Shown: positions 28,801 to 41,369, counted from the stretch's first letter. The stretch: DNA of 64,000 nt from Eledone cirrhosa (GCA_964016885.1 OZ024748.1:25482001-25546000); one strand, 5' to 3'. Notes: generated by a model from the letters alone, not told the origin. Numbers and translations: made by a program.

Positions 28801-31800
28801 CAACAGGTATCAAGAGGTGTGAAGTGTGTCACATATTCTGAAAGTACAACAGGTATCAAGAGGTGTGAAGACTCTCACATATTCTGAAAGTATAACAGGT
28901 ATCAAGAGGTGTGAAGACTGTCACATATTCTGAAAGTACAACAGGTATCAAGAGGTGTGAAGACTGTCATATATTCTGAAAGTACAACAGGTATCAAGAG
29001 GTGTGAAGACTGTCATATATTCTAAAAGTACAACAGGTATCAAGAGGTGTGAAGACTGTCATATATTCTAAAAGTACAACAGGTATCAAGAGGTGTGAAG
29101 ACTGTCACATATTCTAAAAGTACAACAGGTATCAAGAGGTGTGAAGACTGCCACATATTCTGAAAGGACAACAGGTATCAAGAGGTGTGAAGACTGTCAC
29201 ATATTCTGAAAGTACAACAGGTATCAAGAGGTGTAAAGACTGTCACATAGTCTGAAAGTACAACAGGTATCAAGAGGTGTGAAGACTGTCACATATTCTG
29301 AAAGTACAACAGGTATCAAGAGGTGTGAAGACTGTCACATATTCTGAAAGTACAACAGGTATCAAGAGGTGTAAAGACTGTCACATAGTCTGAAAGTATA
29401 ACAGGTATCAAGAAGTGTGAAGACTGTCACATATTCTGAAAGTACAACAGGTATCAAGAGGTGTAAAGACTGTCACATAGTCTGAAAGTATAACAGGTAT
29501 CAAGAGGTGTGAAGACTGTCACATATTCTGAAAGTATAACAGGTATCAAGAGGTGTGAAGACTGTCACATATTCTGAAAGTACAACAGGTATCAAGAGGT
29601 GTGAAGACTGTCATATATTCTGAAAGTACAACAGGTATCAAGAGGTGTGAAGACTGTCACATATTCTGAAAGTACAACAGGTATCAAGAGGTGTGAAGAC
29701 TGTCACATATTCTGAAAGTACAACAGGTATCAAGAGGTGTGAAGACTGTCACATATTCTGAAAGTACAACAGGTATCAAGAGGTGTGAAGACTGTCACAT
29801 ATTCTGAAAGTACAACAGGTATCAAGAAGTGTGAAGACTGTCACATAGTCTGAAAGTATAACAGGTATCAAGAGGTGTGAAGACTGTCATATATTCTAAA
29901 AGTACAACAGGTATCAAGAGGTGTGAAGACTGTCACATATTCTGAAAGTATAACCGGTATCAAGAGGTATGAAGACTGTCACATATTCTAAAAGTACAAC
30001 AGGTATCAAGAGGTGTGAAGACTGTCACATATTCTGAAAGTATAACCGGTATCAAGAGGTATGAAGACTGTCACATATTCTAAAAGTACAACAGGTATCA
30101 AGAGGTGTGAAGACTGTCACATAGTCTCAAAGTACAACAGGTATCAAGAGGTGTGAAGACAGTCACATAGTCTGAAAGTACAACAGGTATCAAGAGGTGT
30201 GAAGACTGTCATATATTCTGAAAGTACAACAGGTATCAAGAGGTGTGAAGACTGTCACATATTCTGAAAGTACAACAGGTATCAAGAGGTGTGAAGACTG
30301 TCATATATTCTGAAAGTACAACAGGTATCAAGAGGTGTGAAGACTGTCACACATTCTGAAAGTACAACAGGTATCAAGAGGTGTGAAGACTGTCACATAG
30401 TCTGAAAGTACAACAGGTATCAAGAGGTGTGAAGACTGCCACATATTCTGAAAGTACAACAGGTATCAAGAGGTGTGAAGACTGTCACATATTCTGAAAG
30501 TACAACAGATATCAAGAGGTGTGAAGACTGTCACATAGTCTGAAAGTACAACAGGTATCAAGAGGTGTGAAGACTGTCACATATTCTGAAAGTACAACAG
30601 GTATCAAGAGGTGTGAAGACTGTCACATATTCTGAAAGTACAACAGGTATCAAGAGGTGTGAAGACTGTCATATATTCTGAAAGTACAACAGGTATCAAG
30701 AGGTGTGAAGACTGTCATATATTCTGAAAGTACAACCGGTATCAAGAGGTGTGAAGACTGTCATATATTCTGAAAGTACAACAGGTATCAAGAAGTGTGA
30801 AGACTGTCACATATTCTGAAAGTACAACAGGTATCAAGAGGTGTGAAGACTGTCATATATTCTGAAAGTACAACAGGTATCAAGAGGTGTGAAGACTGTC
30901 ATATATTCTGAAAGTACAACCGGTATCAAGAGGTGTGAAGACTGTCACATATTCTGAAAGTACAACAGGTATCAAGAGGTGTGAAGACTGTCATATATTC
31001 TGAAAGTACAACAGGTATCAAGAGGTGTGAAGAGTGTCACATATTCTGAAAGTACAACAGGTATCAAGAGGTGTGAAGACTGTCACATATTCTGAAAGTA
31101 CAACAGGTATCAAGAGGTGTGAAGACTGTCATATATTCTGAAAGTACAACAGGTATCAAGAGGTGTGAAGACTGTCATATATTCTGAAAGTACAACAGGT
31201 ATCAAGAGGTGTGAAGACTGTCATATATTCTAAAAGTACAACAGGTATCAAGAGGTGTGAAGACTGTCATATATTCTAAAAGTACAACAGGTATCAAGAG
31301 GTGTGAAGACTGTCACATATTCTGAAAGTACAACAGGTATCAAGAGGTGTGAAGACTGTCATATATTCTAAAAGTACAACAGGTATCAAGAGGTGTGAAG
31401 ACTGTCATATATTCTAAAAGTACAACAGGTATCAAGAGGTGTGAAGACTGTCACATATTCTGAAAGTACAACAGGTATCAAGAGGTGTGAAGACTGCCAC
31501 ATATTCTGAAAGGACAACAGGTATCAAGAGGTGTGAAGACTGCCACATATTCTGAAAGTACAACAGGTATCAAGAGGTGTGAAGACTGCCACATATTCTG
31601 AAAGTACAACAGGTATCAAGAGGTGTAAAGACTGTCACATAGTCTGAAAGTACAACAGGTATCAAGAGGTGTGAAGACTGTCACATATTCTGAAAGTACA
31701 ACAGGTATCAAGAGGTGTGAAGACTGTCACATATTCTGAAAGTACAACAGGTATCAAGAGGTGTAAAGACTGTCACATAGTCTGAAAGTATAACAGGTAT

Positions 31801-33950
31801 CAAGAAGTGTGAAGACTGTCACATAGTCTGAAAGTACAACAGGTATCAAGAGGTGTGAAGACTGTCACATATTCTGAAAGTACAACAGGTATCAAGAGGT
31901 GTGAAGACTGTCACATATTCTGAAAGTACAACAGGTATCAAGAGGTGTAAAGACTGTCACATAGTCTGAAAGTATAACAGGTATCAAGAAGTGTGAAGAC
32001 TGTCACATAGTCTGAAAGTACAACAGGTATCAAGAGGTGTGAAGAGTGTCACATATTCTGAAAGTACAACAGGTATCAAGAGGTGTGAAGACTGTCACAT
32101 ATTCTGAAAGTATAACAGGTATCAAGAGGTGTGAAGACTGTCACATAGTCTGAAAGTACAACAGGTATCAAGAGGTGTGAAGACTGTCATATATTCTGAA
32201 AGTACAACAGGTATCAAGAGGTGTGAAGACTGTCATATATTCTGAAAGTACAACAGGTATCAAGAGGTGTGAAGACTGTCATATATTCTAAAAGTACAAC
32301 AGGTATCAAGAGGTGTGAAGACTGTCATATATTCTAAAAGTACAACAGGTATCAAGAGGTGTGAAGACTGTCACATATTCTGAAAGTACAACAGGTATCA
32401 AGAGGTGTGAAGACTGTCATATATTCTAAAAGTACAACAGGTATCAAGAGGTGTGAAGACTGTCATATATTCTAAAAGTACAACAGGTATCAAGAGGTGT
32501 GAAGACTGTCACATATTCTGAAAGTACAACAGGTATCAAGAGGTGTGAAGACTGCCACATATTCTGAAAGGACAACAGGTATCAAGAGGTGTGAAGACTG
32601 CCACATATTCTGAAAGTACAACAGGTATCAAGAGGTGTGAAGACTGCCACATATTCTGAAAGTACAACAGGTATCAAGAGGTGTAAAGACTGTCACATAG
32701 TCTGAAAGTATAACAGGTATCAAGAAGTGTGAAGACTGTCACATATTCTGAAAGTACAACAGGTATCAAGAGGTGTAAAGACTGTCACATAGTCTGAAAG
32801 TACAACAGGTATCAAGAGGTGTGAAGACTGTCACATATTCTGAAAGTACAACAGGTATCAAGAGGTGTGAAGACTGTCACATATTCTGAAAGTACAACAG
32901 GTATCAAGAGGTGTAAAGACTGTCACATAGTCTGAAAGTATAACAGGTATCAAGAAGTGTGAAGACTGTCACATATTCTGAAAGTACAACAGGTATCAAG
33001 AGGTGTAAAGACTGTCACATAGTCTGACAGTATAACAGGTATCAAGAGGTGTGAAGACTGTCACATATTCTGAAAGTATAACAGGTATCAAGAGGTGTGA
33101 AGACTGTCACATATTCTGAAAGTACAACAGGTATCAAGAGGTGTGAAGACTGTCATATATTCTGAAAGTACAACAGGTATCAAGAGGTGTGAAGACTGTC
33201 ACATAGTCTCAAAGTACAACAGGTATCAAGAGGTGTGAAGACTGTCACATATTCTGAAAGTACAACAGGTATCAAGAGGTGTGAAGACTGTCACATATTC
33301 TGAAAGTACAACAGGTATCAAGAGGTGTGAAGACTGTCACATATTCTGAAAGTACAACAGGTATCAAGAGGTGTAAAGACTGTCACATAGTCTGAAAGTA
33401 CAACAGGTATCAAGAGGTGTGAAGACTGTCACATATTCTGAAAGTACAACAGGTATCAAGAGGTGTAAAGACTGTCACATAGTCTGAAAGTACAACAGGT
33501 ATCAAGAGGTGTGAAGACTGTCACATATTCTGAAAGTACAACAGGTATCAAGAAGTGTGAAGACTGTCACATATTCTGAAAGTATAACAGGTATCAAGAG
33601 GTGTGAAGACTGTCACATATTCTGAAAGTATAACAGGTATCAAGAGGTGTGAAGACTGTCACATATTCTGAAAGTATAACAGGTATCAAGAGGTGTGAAG
33701 ACTGTCATATATTTTAAAAGTACAACAGGTATCAAGAGGTGTGAAGACTGTCACATATTCTGAAAGTACAACAGGTATCAAGAAGTGTGAAGACTGTCAT
33801 ATATTCTGAAAGTACAATAGGTATCAAGAGGTGTGAAGACTGTCACATATTCTGAAAGTACAACAGGTATCAAGAAGTGTGAAGACTGTCACATAGTCTG
33901 AAAGTACAACAGGTATCAAGAGGTGTAAAGACTGTCATATATTCTGAAAT
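7805..33950. repeat. 46-bp tandem satellite, about 568 units (gaagactgtcacatattctgaaagtacaacaggtatcaagaggtgt), filling one MARS1 intron
   Basis: Period 46 read directly. First-to-last acceptor spacing is 26122 = 568x46 - 6, matching the six 1-bp deletions seen. Confidence 0.99.
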
Positions 33951-34249
33951 ACATATCAAAAGAGTTTCACTATTTCCTGCTAACAACTGTTGTAGATCTG
34001 TTTAGTTAACATTCTAAGCTTGACTAGCTGACACTAAACAGAAGGTATAAACAAAGATGGTACCTCCATCCACTTTTTTCCATCTCCAGGGGTGCTTTAA
34101 ATGATTTTCTATTCTATTAATTATAGTGGTTGACTATTATTATGGTCATTTGCATTAGGACATCACACATTTAGAATTTAAAAAAGGAGTTCAACAAAGA
34201 TTGAGTTCTGCTAATTTGGAAGCATAGCATTTTGTGAAAATAGAGGAAT

Positions 34250-34635
34250 ATATGTGAAGTATGACTTATGTAACACATGTGGAGTAAGACCTATGAAACA
34301 CATGTGGAGTGTGACTTATGTAACACATGTGAAGTGTGACCTATGTAACACGTGGAGTGTAACTTATGTAACACATGTGAAGTGTGACCTATGAAACACA
34401 CATGGAGTGTGACCAATGTAATACATGTGGAGTATGACTTATGTTATACATGTGGAGTGTAACTAATGTAATATATGTGAAGTGCAACCTATATATGGGG
34501 GGTGCAACTTATGTGGAGTGTGACTACAGTGATACACGTGGGTGTAACTATAGTGATACATGTGAGGTGTGAGTGTGGCCTGCGTAATACATGTGAGTGT
34601 GGCTACAGTGATACATGTGAGATGTGAGTGTAATT
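34250..34635. repeat. Degenerate ~25-bp minisatellite (gtgtgacctatgtaacacatgtgga)
   Basis: About 15 diverged units between the large satellite and the exon donor. Confidence 0.8.
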
Positions 34636-34677
34636 GTAATAAGACTTTACAAAGGTTTAAAAAAATTATCAACTTAC

Positions 34678-34809
34678 TTAGTAGATTCCATGTATTCTAT
34701 ATAACGATGCAAAAGTTTGTTAATTTGTGCAATGAGAATTTCATCATCTTTAATTAGATCCATAGCTTGAATTGTCTGTTGAAAACTGTTGCTGATAAAC
34801 ATCAAAGCT
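34678..34809 (-). CDS. MARS1: MetRS exon: ALMFISNSFQQTIQAMDLIKDDEILIAQINKLLHRYIEYMEST(K)
   Basis: 132 nt; tgtag|A...AA|gtaagt; anticodon-binding helical domain. Confidence 0.92.
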
Positions 34810-34921
34810 CTACAAAACAATAAAATATTCTTCAGAGAATAAAAGTATTTAAAAACTGCTGACATAAACAAGATATGCTATAAGAATGTAGAGTCTAATT
34901 TAGTAAACTCTGTTGCATTAA

Positions 34922-35119
34922 ACCTTTAGCATTTAAACTGGCTGTATCCAACCAGAATTCTCTTACCTCTTTCAGTTCAAACTGGCCACTCATACCAACA
35001 TTAAGGTATTGTTTGCACAATAAATAACATCAAAATCTCACAGATTTGATATTATCTGAGATAAAGATTTTACCACGAAAATACAACAGTAAATATAGAG
35101 TAATGTAAATGCTAAAGGG
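34922..35119. mobile_element. piggyBac-type MITE
   Basis: TIR (c)cctttagcattta...taaatgctaaaggg with TTAA on both sides; homologous to 36417-36644. Confidence 0.8.
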
Positions 35120-35124
35120 TTAAA

Positions 35125-35640
35125 CCTCCGTTGGTTTCGATGATGAGTGTTCCAATTGATACAATCAATAGAGCAGCTTGCTCCTGAAATTAAAATGCAA
35201 GTGGCTGAGTATTCCACAGACATGTGTACCTTTTACAGTAATTCTCAGGGAGATTCAATAGCACACAATGTGTGACAAAGCTGGTTCTTTGAATAACAGG
35301 TACAACTCATTTATTTTAGCTGACTGGAATGGGCTGGAACAACATAAAATAAAGTGCTTTGCTCAAGGACAAATTGTGTCAATTGAACTGTGTAGGCAAC
35401 ACGGTAAAAACCTCCCAGCCCCACACTGTAAATGTGGTTGGTGTTAGGAAGGGCATCCAGCTGTAGAAAACCCGCCAGACAGTCCTATGCGAGCAATGAC
35501 AACCACTCTTGCCTCAAGTGGGAAAACTCCCGTCCAAACCCATGCAAGCGTGGAACATGGACGTTAAACGATGATGATGATGATGATGATGAACTGACAA
35601 GCTTATGACTGTAAGCTGAATGCCCTAACCACTAAGCCCC
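35125..35640 (-). mobile_element. Second SINE family, interrupted by an RTE 3'-end fragment
   Basis: Minus strand: GGGGCTTAGTGGTTAGGGCATTC tRNA-like head and TGTCCTTGAGCAAAGCACTT central motif; split at 35390/35590. Confidence 0.6.
35391..35590 (+). mobile_element. Severely 5'-truncated RTE insertion (3' UTR + (GAT)n) with a 7-bp TSD, tgaactg
   Basis: Near-identical to 62978-63179; tgaactg at 35384-35390 and 35590-35596. Confidence 0.88.
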
Positions 35641-35765
35641 AAGCAAACTAGAATAATTATAAGAGTGTGTTGAGGGGAAACTCTAACAGATATTTTGCTT
35701 GATTCTGTTATAATATAAGTATTTGGCAACTGGTATATAAATAAAGAAATGATAGTGAGATTTAC

Positions 35766-35845
35766 CTGTTAATAAAGTTTCCAATATTATTAAGTAATTC
35801 ACAATTGTTCTTCAATTGGAAGTCATCCCAAGAAAATGCTGTGTC
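35766..35845 (-). CDS. MARS1: MetRS exon: DTAFSWDDFQLKNNCELLNNIGNFIN(R)
   Basis: 80 nt; tatag|GAC...AG|gtaaat; NNxGNFINR motif. Confidence 0.95.
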
Positions 35846-35884
35846 CTATACATAAAATGCAGCAATGATGACAATGATAACAAT

Positions 35885-38110
35885 AATAATAATAATAATA
35901 GTTTCTTTATTGGCCACAAGGGCTAACATGAAGAAAAACATTACAGATGGCACAGAACGGTACACGACGATACATAGTGGGTTTTGGCCGTGTAAAAATG
36001 TTATAACAAGAAGATAGGAATGTGTAGAAACAAATTAAAAAAATTCAAACAACAAAAATTCCCCAATAGGGGTCATTTGTAGTGAAAACCACAATAAACC
36101 AAAGCCACCCTGACCACCAGGGCAATCACCCTCTCTCAGTTTTCCCACTCCTCAGTCTACAGGTGCATTCTCAGAACGAGCCCGTTCACTCGGACCAGAC
36201 TCGCTACTTTCACCCACCGTTCAACAAATTTACTAAAAAACAGCACTTGCCTCTCCACCCTGATTTTCCTCTTCAAGTGAAATTTGAAAATGTTAATTAG
36301 GGATTCGCCAACGAGGAAAGTGTCCGTCTTCAATCCTTTCAACCTTGTCCACCATACAATCTCTTTCACCATGGCCACCAGGCAGATGAAAACTGCCTGC
36401 CCTTCCTCTTCCTTAACCCTTTAGCATTTAGCATTTAAACCGGCCATATCCAGCCAGAATTTTCTCACCGCTTTATGTTCAAACTGGCCGTAACCGTCCA
36501 CTCATATCAACGTTAAGGTATTGTTCTCAAAATAGATAATATCAAAATCTCATAGATTCAATATTATGTGAGACAATTATGAGAAGTAAAGCCTTTACTA
36601 TGAAAATACAATAGTAAATACAGAGTAATGTAAATGCTAAAGGGTTAAAGGAGAACTGCGGGGCTATCTGCACAATGGACTCAGTCGATAACCAGATCTG
36701 TCCTACACGTGACAGCAAATGTTTGACATGGGACAAGGCACAATGGTTAGGCGGTAGCAGATGACAGATGCGATGAATGCATTCGCCACCTCTGCCCGAC
36801 CTTTCAGGGACAGCTTCCTCTCGGCCTATTTCTGAGTGAGGGAGGCCACCCTGCTCGGCACCTTGCTCCAGTTTTTCTCCATCTGGAGGTCCGGACCGAA
36901 CCAGACCCCGAGTAATTTAACTGGTCCTTCCATCCAGCACCCCACGACGCTGTCGGACGGCATGGACTTGCCTCTCCAGGTGCCGAGCTGCAAGCCCACC
37001 GACTTTTCCTGGTTTAACTTTGCTCCAGTCACTGCTTCATATTCCTTGAGAGCGGTGTCGAGCATCTGGACATGTCCAGTGCTTGACACCACCAAAGTGA
37101 CGTAATCGGCATAAGCCGATACGGATCTCCCGCATCCCAATTCAAGTGGGACGCCTCTCATCGCCTCCAATTTGTGTAGTAACGGCTCTAGGGCCAATAC
37201 GTACCAGAGCGACGAGAGGGGACAACCCTGGTGGACTGAGCGCATGATGCTGAAAGGCTGTGACAGATGACCGTTCACTTTCACAACTGAGCAGATGTCG
37301 CTTCCCGTATTTCACCTGCTGTTATCGGCTTTTCGCAACACTGCGCTGCGGTCGTCAAGAGCTACGGCTGTCCCTCGAGGTATGCACTGAAGTGTATACT
37401 CCGATCCAGCCCACCGCCGCTCCCAAACAGTTGAGCAAAGTGCTGCTGAAAAGACTCACACATCTACTCGGGTTCGAGTAACATACGCCTATTTTGGTCA
37501 GGCAAGGAAAGAATTGTGGCTTTGTTGCCATGTCGCACCTCCACCACCCGGGCCCATTGGACAGCTTTTGTCCCCTCGTGTGTCAGAGCACGCGCTCTAG
37601 CTCTGAAAATGCAGCCTTCATGCTTTGCGTTGAAGAATTGGTCAAGTGCCATTCTTGCCGCAAGCACGTCGGTTATTATGCCTGTCCTAAACGCCTCTTC
37701 TAACCTTATAACTAGCTCTCCCTCTACTCTATTTTCCTCTATCACTACTCTTTTGCTAAACCTTATCGATTCTACTCTAATAGCCCTTTTCAGAGTAAAC
37801 CACCAGCTGTTGTTGACGATCGCACCCGTCAACGCACGTTTAACTAATTCGCTTATCCAGTACCTGTAAACTTTGCACGCCGGGAAAGATGCGTTCAGCT
37901 TCCAGTAACCGGGTCCTTGCCTATGAAGTCTATCTAAGTCAATTTCACAGATCACAAATTTGTGGTCCGTGTAGTCGACTACTTTAAATTGTGGACAACC
38001 TACACTAGCCTTATCTGTTTCCCTACACTAGCCTTATCTGTTTCCCTACAGAATAGCCTATCTAGATGACCCGATGCAGTTTGCCGATGTCCACATTGGC
38101 ACATTCGGAT
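35885..38110 (-). mobile_element. Decayed L1/Tx1-clade LINE (APE end, RT fragments, 3' end with AATAAA and (TAT)n)
   Basis: DHKFV..GPGYWKLNAS (37464-37955), SVHQGCPLS..LALEPL..AYADYVT (36826-37284); internal deletions. Confidence 0.85.
36417..36644. mobile_element. piggyBac-type MITE nested in the Tx1 element
   Basis: TTAA-ccctttagcattta...taaatgctaaaggg-TTAA. Confidence 0.88.
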
Positions 38111-38169
38111 AATCCAGTCGATACCTGTTGGTGAGGCTTTTACATTGACCTTCACAATTTTCTGCGACA

Positions 38170-38410
38170 CCATTATTGCTGCTACTGGTCTTCTTGTTGG
38201 TGTTGCGATCGTTGTTACTGGTATTGATGCCATTGTTGTTGTTGTTTTCGTTGATACTGTTGCTGTTGTTGTTGTTGTTGTTTTCGTTGATACTGTTCCT
38301 ACTGTTATTGTTATTGTTGTTGTGGCTGTTGTTATTGTCATTGTTATTGTCTTTCTCGACCTTATCGCTGTTATCTTTGTTGTTGCTGTTGTTATTGTTG
38401 GTGTTGTTTG
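38170..38410. repeat. (GTT/ATT)n low-complexity tract
   Basis: Imperfect trinucleotide repeats. Confidence 0.8.
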
Positions 38411-38824
38411 CGTTAGTACTATTTGGTATTTTTAAATCTGAAACAATATCATTAAAAAGGATATTGTTTCTCTTTTCTTTTGTAATGTTTTCTTTTGTAT
38501 TCACCATCGCTAGAACGCTGTCTTGTTGACAAAGTCTCCCTCTTTCTGAGTTGTCTGACAGCACTCTCTCTCTTTTTTGTGTTATCCATGTTTGAACGAA
38601 AATTTTTTTTTTAAATAAATTTTACAGAATACGACACCCCATAAAGGGGTGTCGTATTATTTACGCGTGAACCCCTGTATTAGGTGGGTCACTTCTTCTA
38701 AACTCTTATCAAATTTAAAACTTGAATAAAAGGTTAGGAACGGCTGAAATAGATGTATACTGTTGAAAAAAAATGGAGCCGATAAGAAGCATGGCTTCAC
38801 CTTCAATAACAATAATAATAATAA

Positions 38825-39347
38825 GCAAAGAATAAGTTGATTGACAGCAAAAAATAAGGGGATTGGCATCAACATTTTATCTTGTGGAACTTTAGCATCC
38901 AAACAGACCAAAAAATAGATGCAAATAGACCTGATATAATACTGAAAGACTTTAAAAAGAGGGTATGCCTGCTAATTGATATGTCCGTTCCAATAGACAA
39001 GAATGTATCTATAAAAACATTTGAAAAATTGAGCAAGTATAAAGACCTGGAGATAGAGATTGGAAAAATGTGGAAGTTGAGAACTAAATCAATACCAGTG
39101 GTTGTAGGCGCTCTAGGAATGATAACTAAGGGGTCTAATGATTACTTATCCCAAATCCCAGGAAACCCGCATATAGAAGAAATACAAAAGATAGTACTAA
39201 TGGGAACTGCCCATATACTAAGGAAGATTCTGTCATTATAAATACATTACAGGTCTAAACACCTAAAGATGCATATGTGTGTTCTTTCTTGAGGTCACTG
39301 GTTGTGACTTGGTGATAACTCGTTTGAACATAAAGCAAGATAAATGA

Positions 39348-39386
<39 letters not shown>
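38825..39386 (+). mobile_element. 5'-truncated RLE-type (R4/Dong-like) non-LTR element inserted in (TAA)n
   Basis: ORF 38882-39241 NRPDIILKD..LIDMSVP..EKLSKYKDL..PVVVGALG (restriction-like endonuclease); (TAA)n on both sides. Confidence 0.85.
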
Positions 39387-39389
39387 TGT

Positions 39390-39492
39390 TTCTTTCTACT
39401 TTAGGCACAAGGCCAGCAATTACCCAGTGTATTACTGGTACTTTATTTTATCGATCTCGTAAGGATGAAAGGCAAAGTTAACCTCGGCGGGT
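39390..39492 (-). mobile_element. Partial tRNA-derived SINE (3' half)
   Basis: Matches 43097-43195. Confidence 0.8.
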
Positions 39493-40039
39493 AATAATAA
39501 TAAGCCAATGTTTTGCAGCTGGATGCCCTTCTTCACACTAACTCTTTTAGTTACTTCTTACAACATGCAGGGATACAGCGTACCTATTATAAATCAGACA
39601 TACATTGTTACTAGATACACATTCACAATAATAATAATAAATTTCAACCTGTCACAAAACCAATTCTTTTAAGGATGAGTTGGCACCTAGTCAAATTATT
39701 TTGAGTAAAAACCTAAAATAATAATAAATATTAATGTAATTATTGCAACTATGCTAGTGAGGTATGAAATAATTATAATGTTTGGCACTTTTCCAATAAT
39801 TTCTAATCAATGTTCTATTAAATAGCCATAAGATCTAGACTAATGGTACATGACTGTACATAGTTGGCTGTCTATGACAAAGTAATAGTGTTAAAACTAA
39901 AGTGTTAAAAAAGCAAAAACAAACTGATTATGGAGACAATTTAAATGGTGAAATATCTGAGAGGTGTTGGTAATATGATTACACTTTTGTGGGTAATTAA
40001 CAATAAAGAGCTGCTTTCTACAGATGAAGAACAGCTTAT

Positions 40040-40445
40040 TTTGTATGATGCTTGCATAGAAAGTGTGATGTTACAGGGTAGTGAAACATGGGTGTTGAAT
40101 GTGGAGGATATGTATAGGCTGGAAAGAAATGAAGCGAGAACATGAACCCATAGGATGCATAATGCTAGGCTAGCATGGACATAGCATGAGTGCAGAGAGA
40201 AATAAAGAAACAAATTAAAAAAATAGACGCTAGAAGTATCCACTGCCTCGTAAAAAGAGAAGAATTTGATGGTGTGGATATGTAATGTGTATGAAACATG
40301 AGAGTTGGGTGAAAAAAAGGGTCAAATGAGGCATGTAAAAGGAACCCGTGAAAGATAAAAGCACAAATGCTAAGGGCTAATCTGAGAATCGTGAAGAACC
40401 ACAAAAAATAAGGAGAGATCCAACCCATGCCTGTATGGAACAGTA
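40040..40445 (+). mobile_element. Old RTE remnant
   Basis: LYDACIESVMLQGSETW..EDMYRLERNEA; terminal aacccatgcctgtatggaa. Confidence 0.75.
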
Positions 40446-40724
40446 CACACAAAAACATTTCAATTGGTTTCACCTCCAATTGTTTTCCAAGAAATTTTAT
40501 TCCTGGATATATGTATTACCTGATTTAAAATGACATTTATTTCGAAATTAAGAGTTTCTATCTATAAGGTCACTAAACACAGATACAAGTAAATAATGCT
40601 GTTATTACAACTTGTTTAGAAAAAGGTCTCCTAGTTCAAATCTGGTTCTCTGTACACATCAGGAAAATAAAACACACAATTATGATCAGAGATCAAACTG
40701 ATGAAGGGTCAACAAAGTTATAGT

Positions 40725-40975
40725 GTTAAGTGGCTAAGTGGCTGAGCTTTCCACAGACTTGGACTTCTATCAGTTCTGGAGACAACAGTTTCAGCTAGCT
40801 TGGAAAGTTAATGTGTAAGTGGCTGAGCATTCCAACAGTTTGATCACTGGAGCAGCCTGCTTAGGAAGTTTATGTGTAGTGGCTGAGCATTCCACAGACA
40901 CGTATTGGCTCTATCATTTCTGGAGACGTGTTCCAGCCTGCTTGGGAAGTGTATGTAGCTGAGCATTCCAATAAA
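40725..40975. repeat. About four diverged tandem copies of a SINE-tail segment (gtggctgagcattccac)
   Basis: The same motif occurs in the SINE at about 35200. Confidence 0.55.
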
Positions 40976-41069
40976 CTGATGAAAACATGGAAGTGAAGGA
41001 TCAATAAAATTAATCTTATAAGATAAATGTGTGCCCCAAACCAAGACAATGTATGAATGGTGAACTCAC

Positions 41070-41203
41070 TTGAGACTCAGGACGCATATAGACAAGATAA
41101 AAACGGAATATATCAGCAGGGATTCCAGTATCTTTTGCATTGTTACCAAAGACACCGACGCCACGACTCTTGGAAAACTTTCCATCTTCATAGTTAAGGT
41201 ATT
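41070..41203 (-). CDS. MARS1: MetRS exon: [44 protein letters not shown]
   Basis: 134 nt; ttcag|AA...CAA|gtgagt; class I KMSKS-type motif KFSKS. Confidence 0.97.
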
Positions 41204-41369
41204 CTGAAGATAAATAATTGGACAGAGATGAGACAGTTAAATAAATGTGATAGCAATGATCAGTTAACTTTCATTTTAGAAGGATAAAAACTGTGGTTAC
41301 GCTGTGGATATGTGATATGTATGAAGCATAGCAGTTGGATGAAATGAAACTGTTCACCTGTTCACTCAC

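Noticed and set aside
7805-33950. CRISPR-like array
   Set aside because: No unique spacers, no cas genes, and a eukaryotic intron context.
7850-33950. Canonical recursive-splicing sites in the 46-mer
   Set aside because: The AG is followed by AATAT, not GT; the nearest GT (GTGACA) is a poor donor.
38000-38564. Asn-rich, Thr-rich and Leu-rich ORFs
   Set aside because: They are translations of a trinucleotide low-complexity tract.
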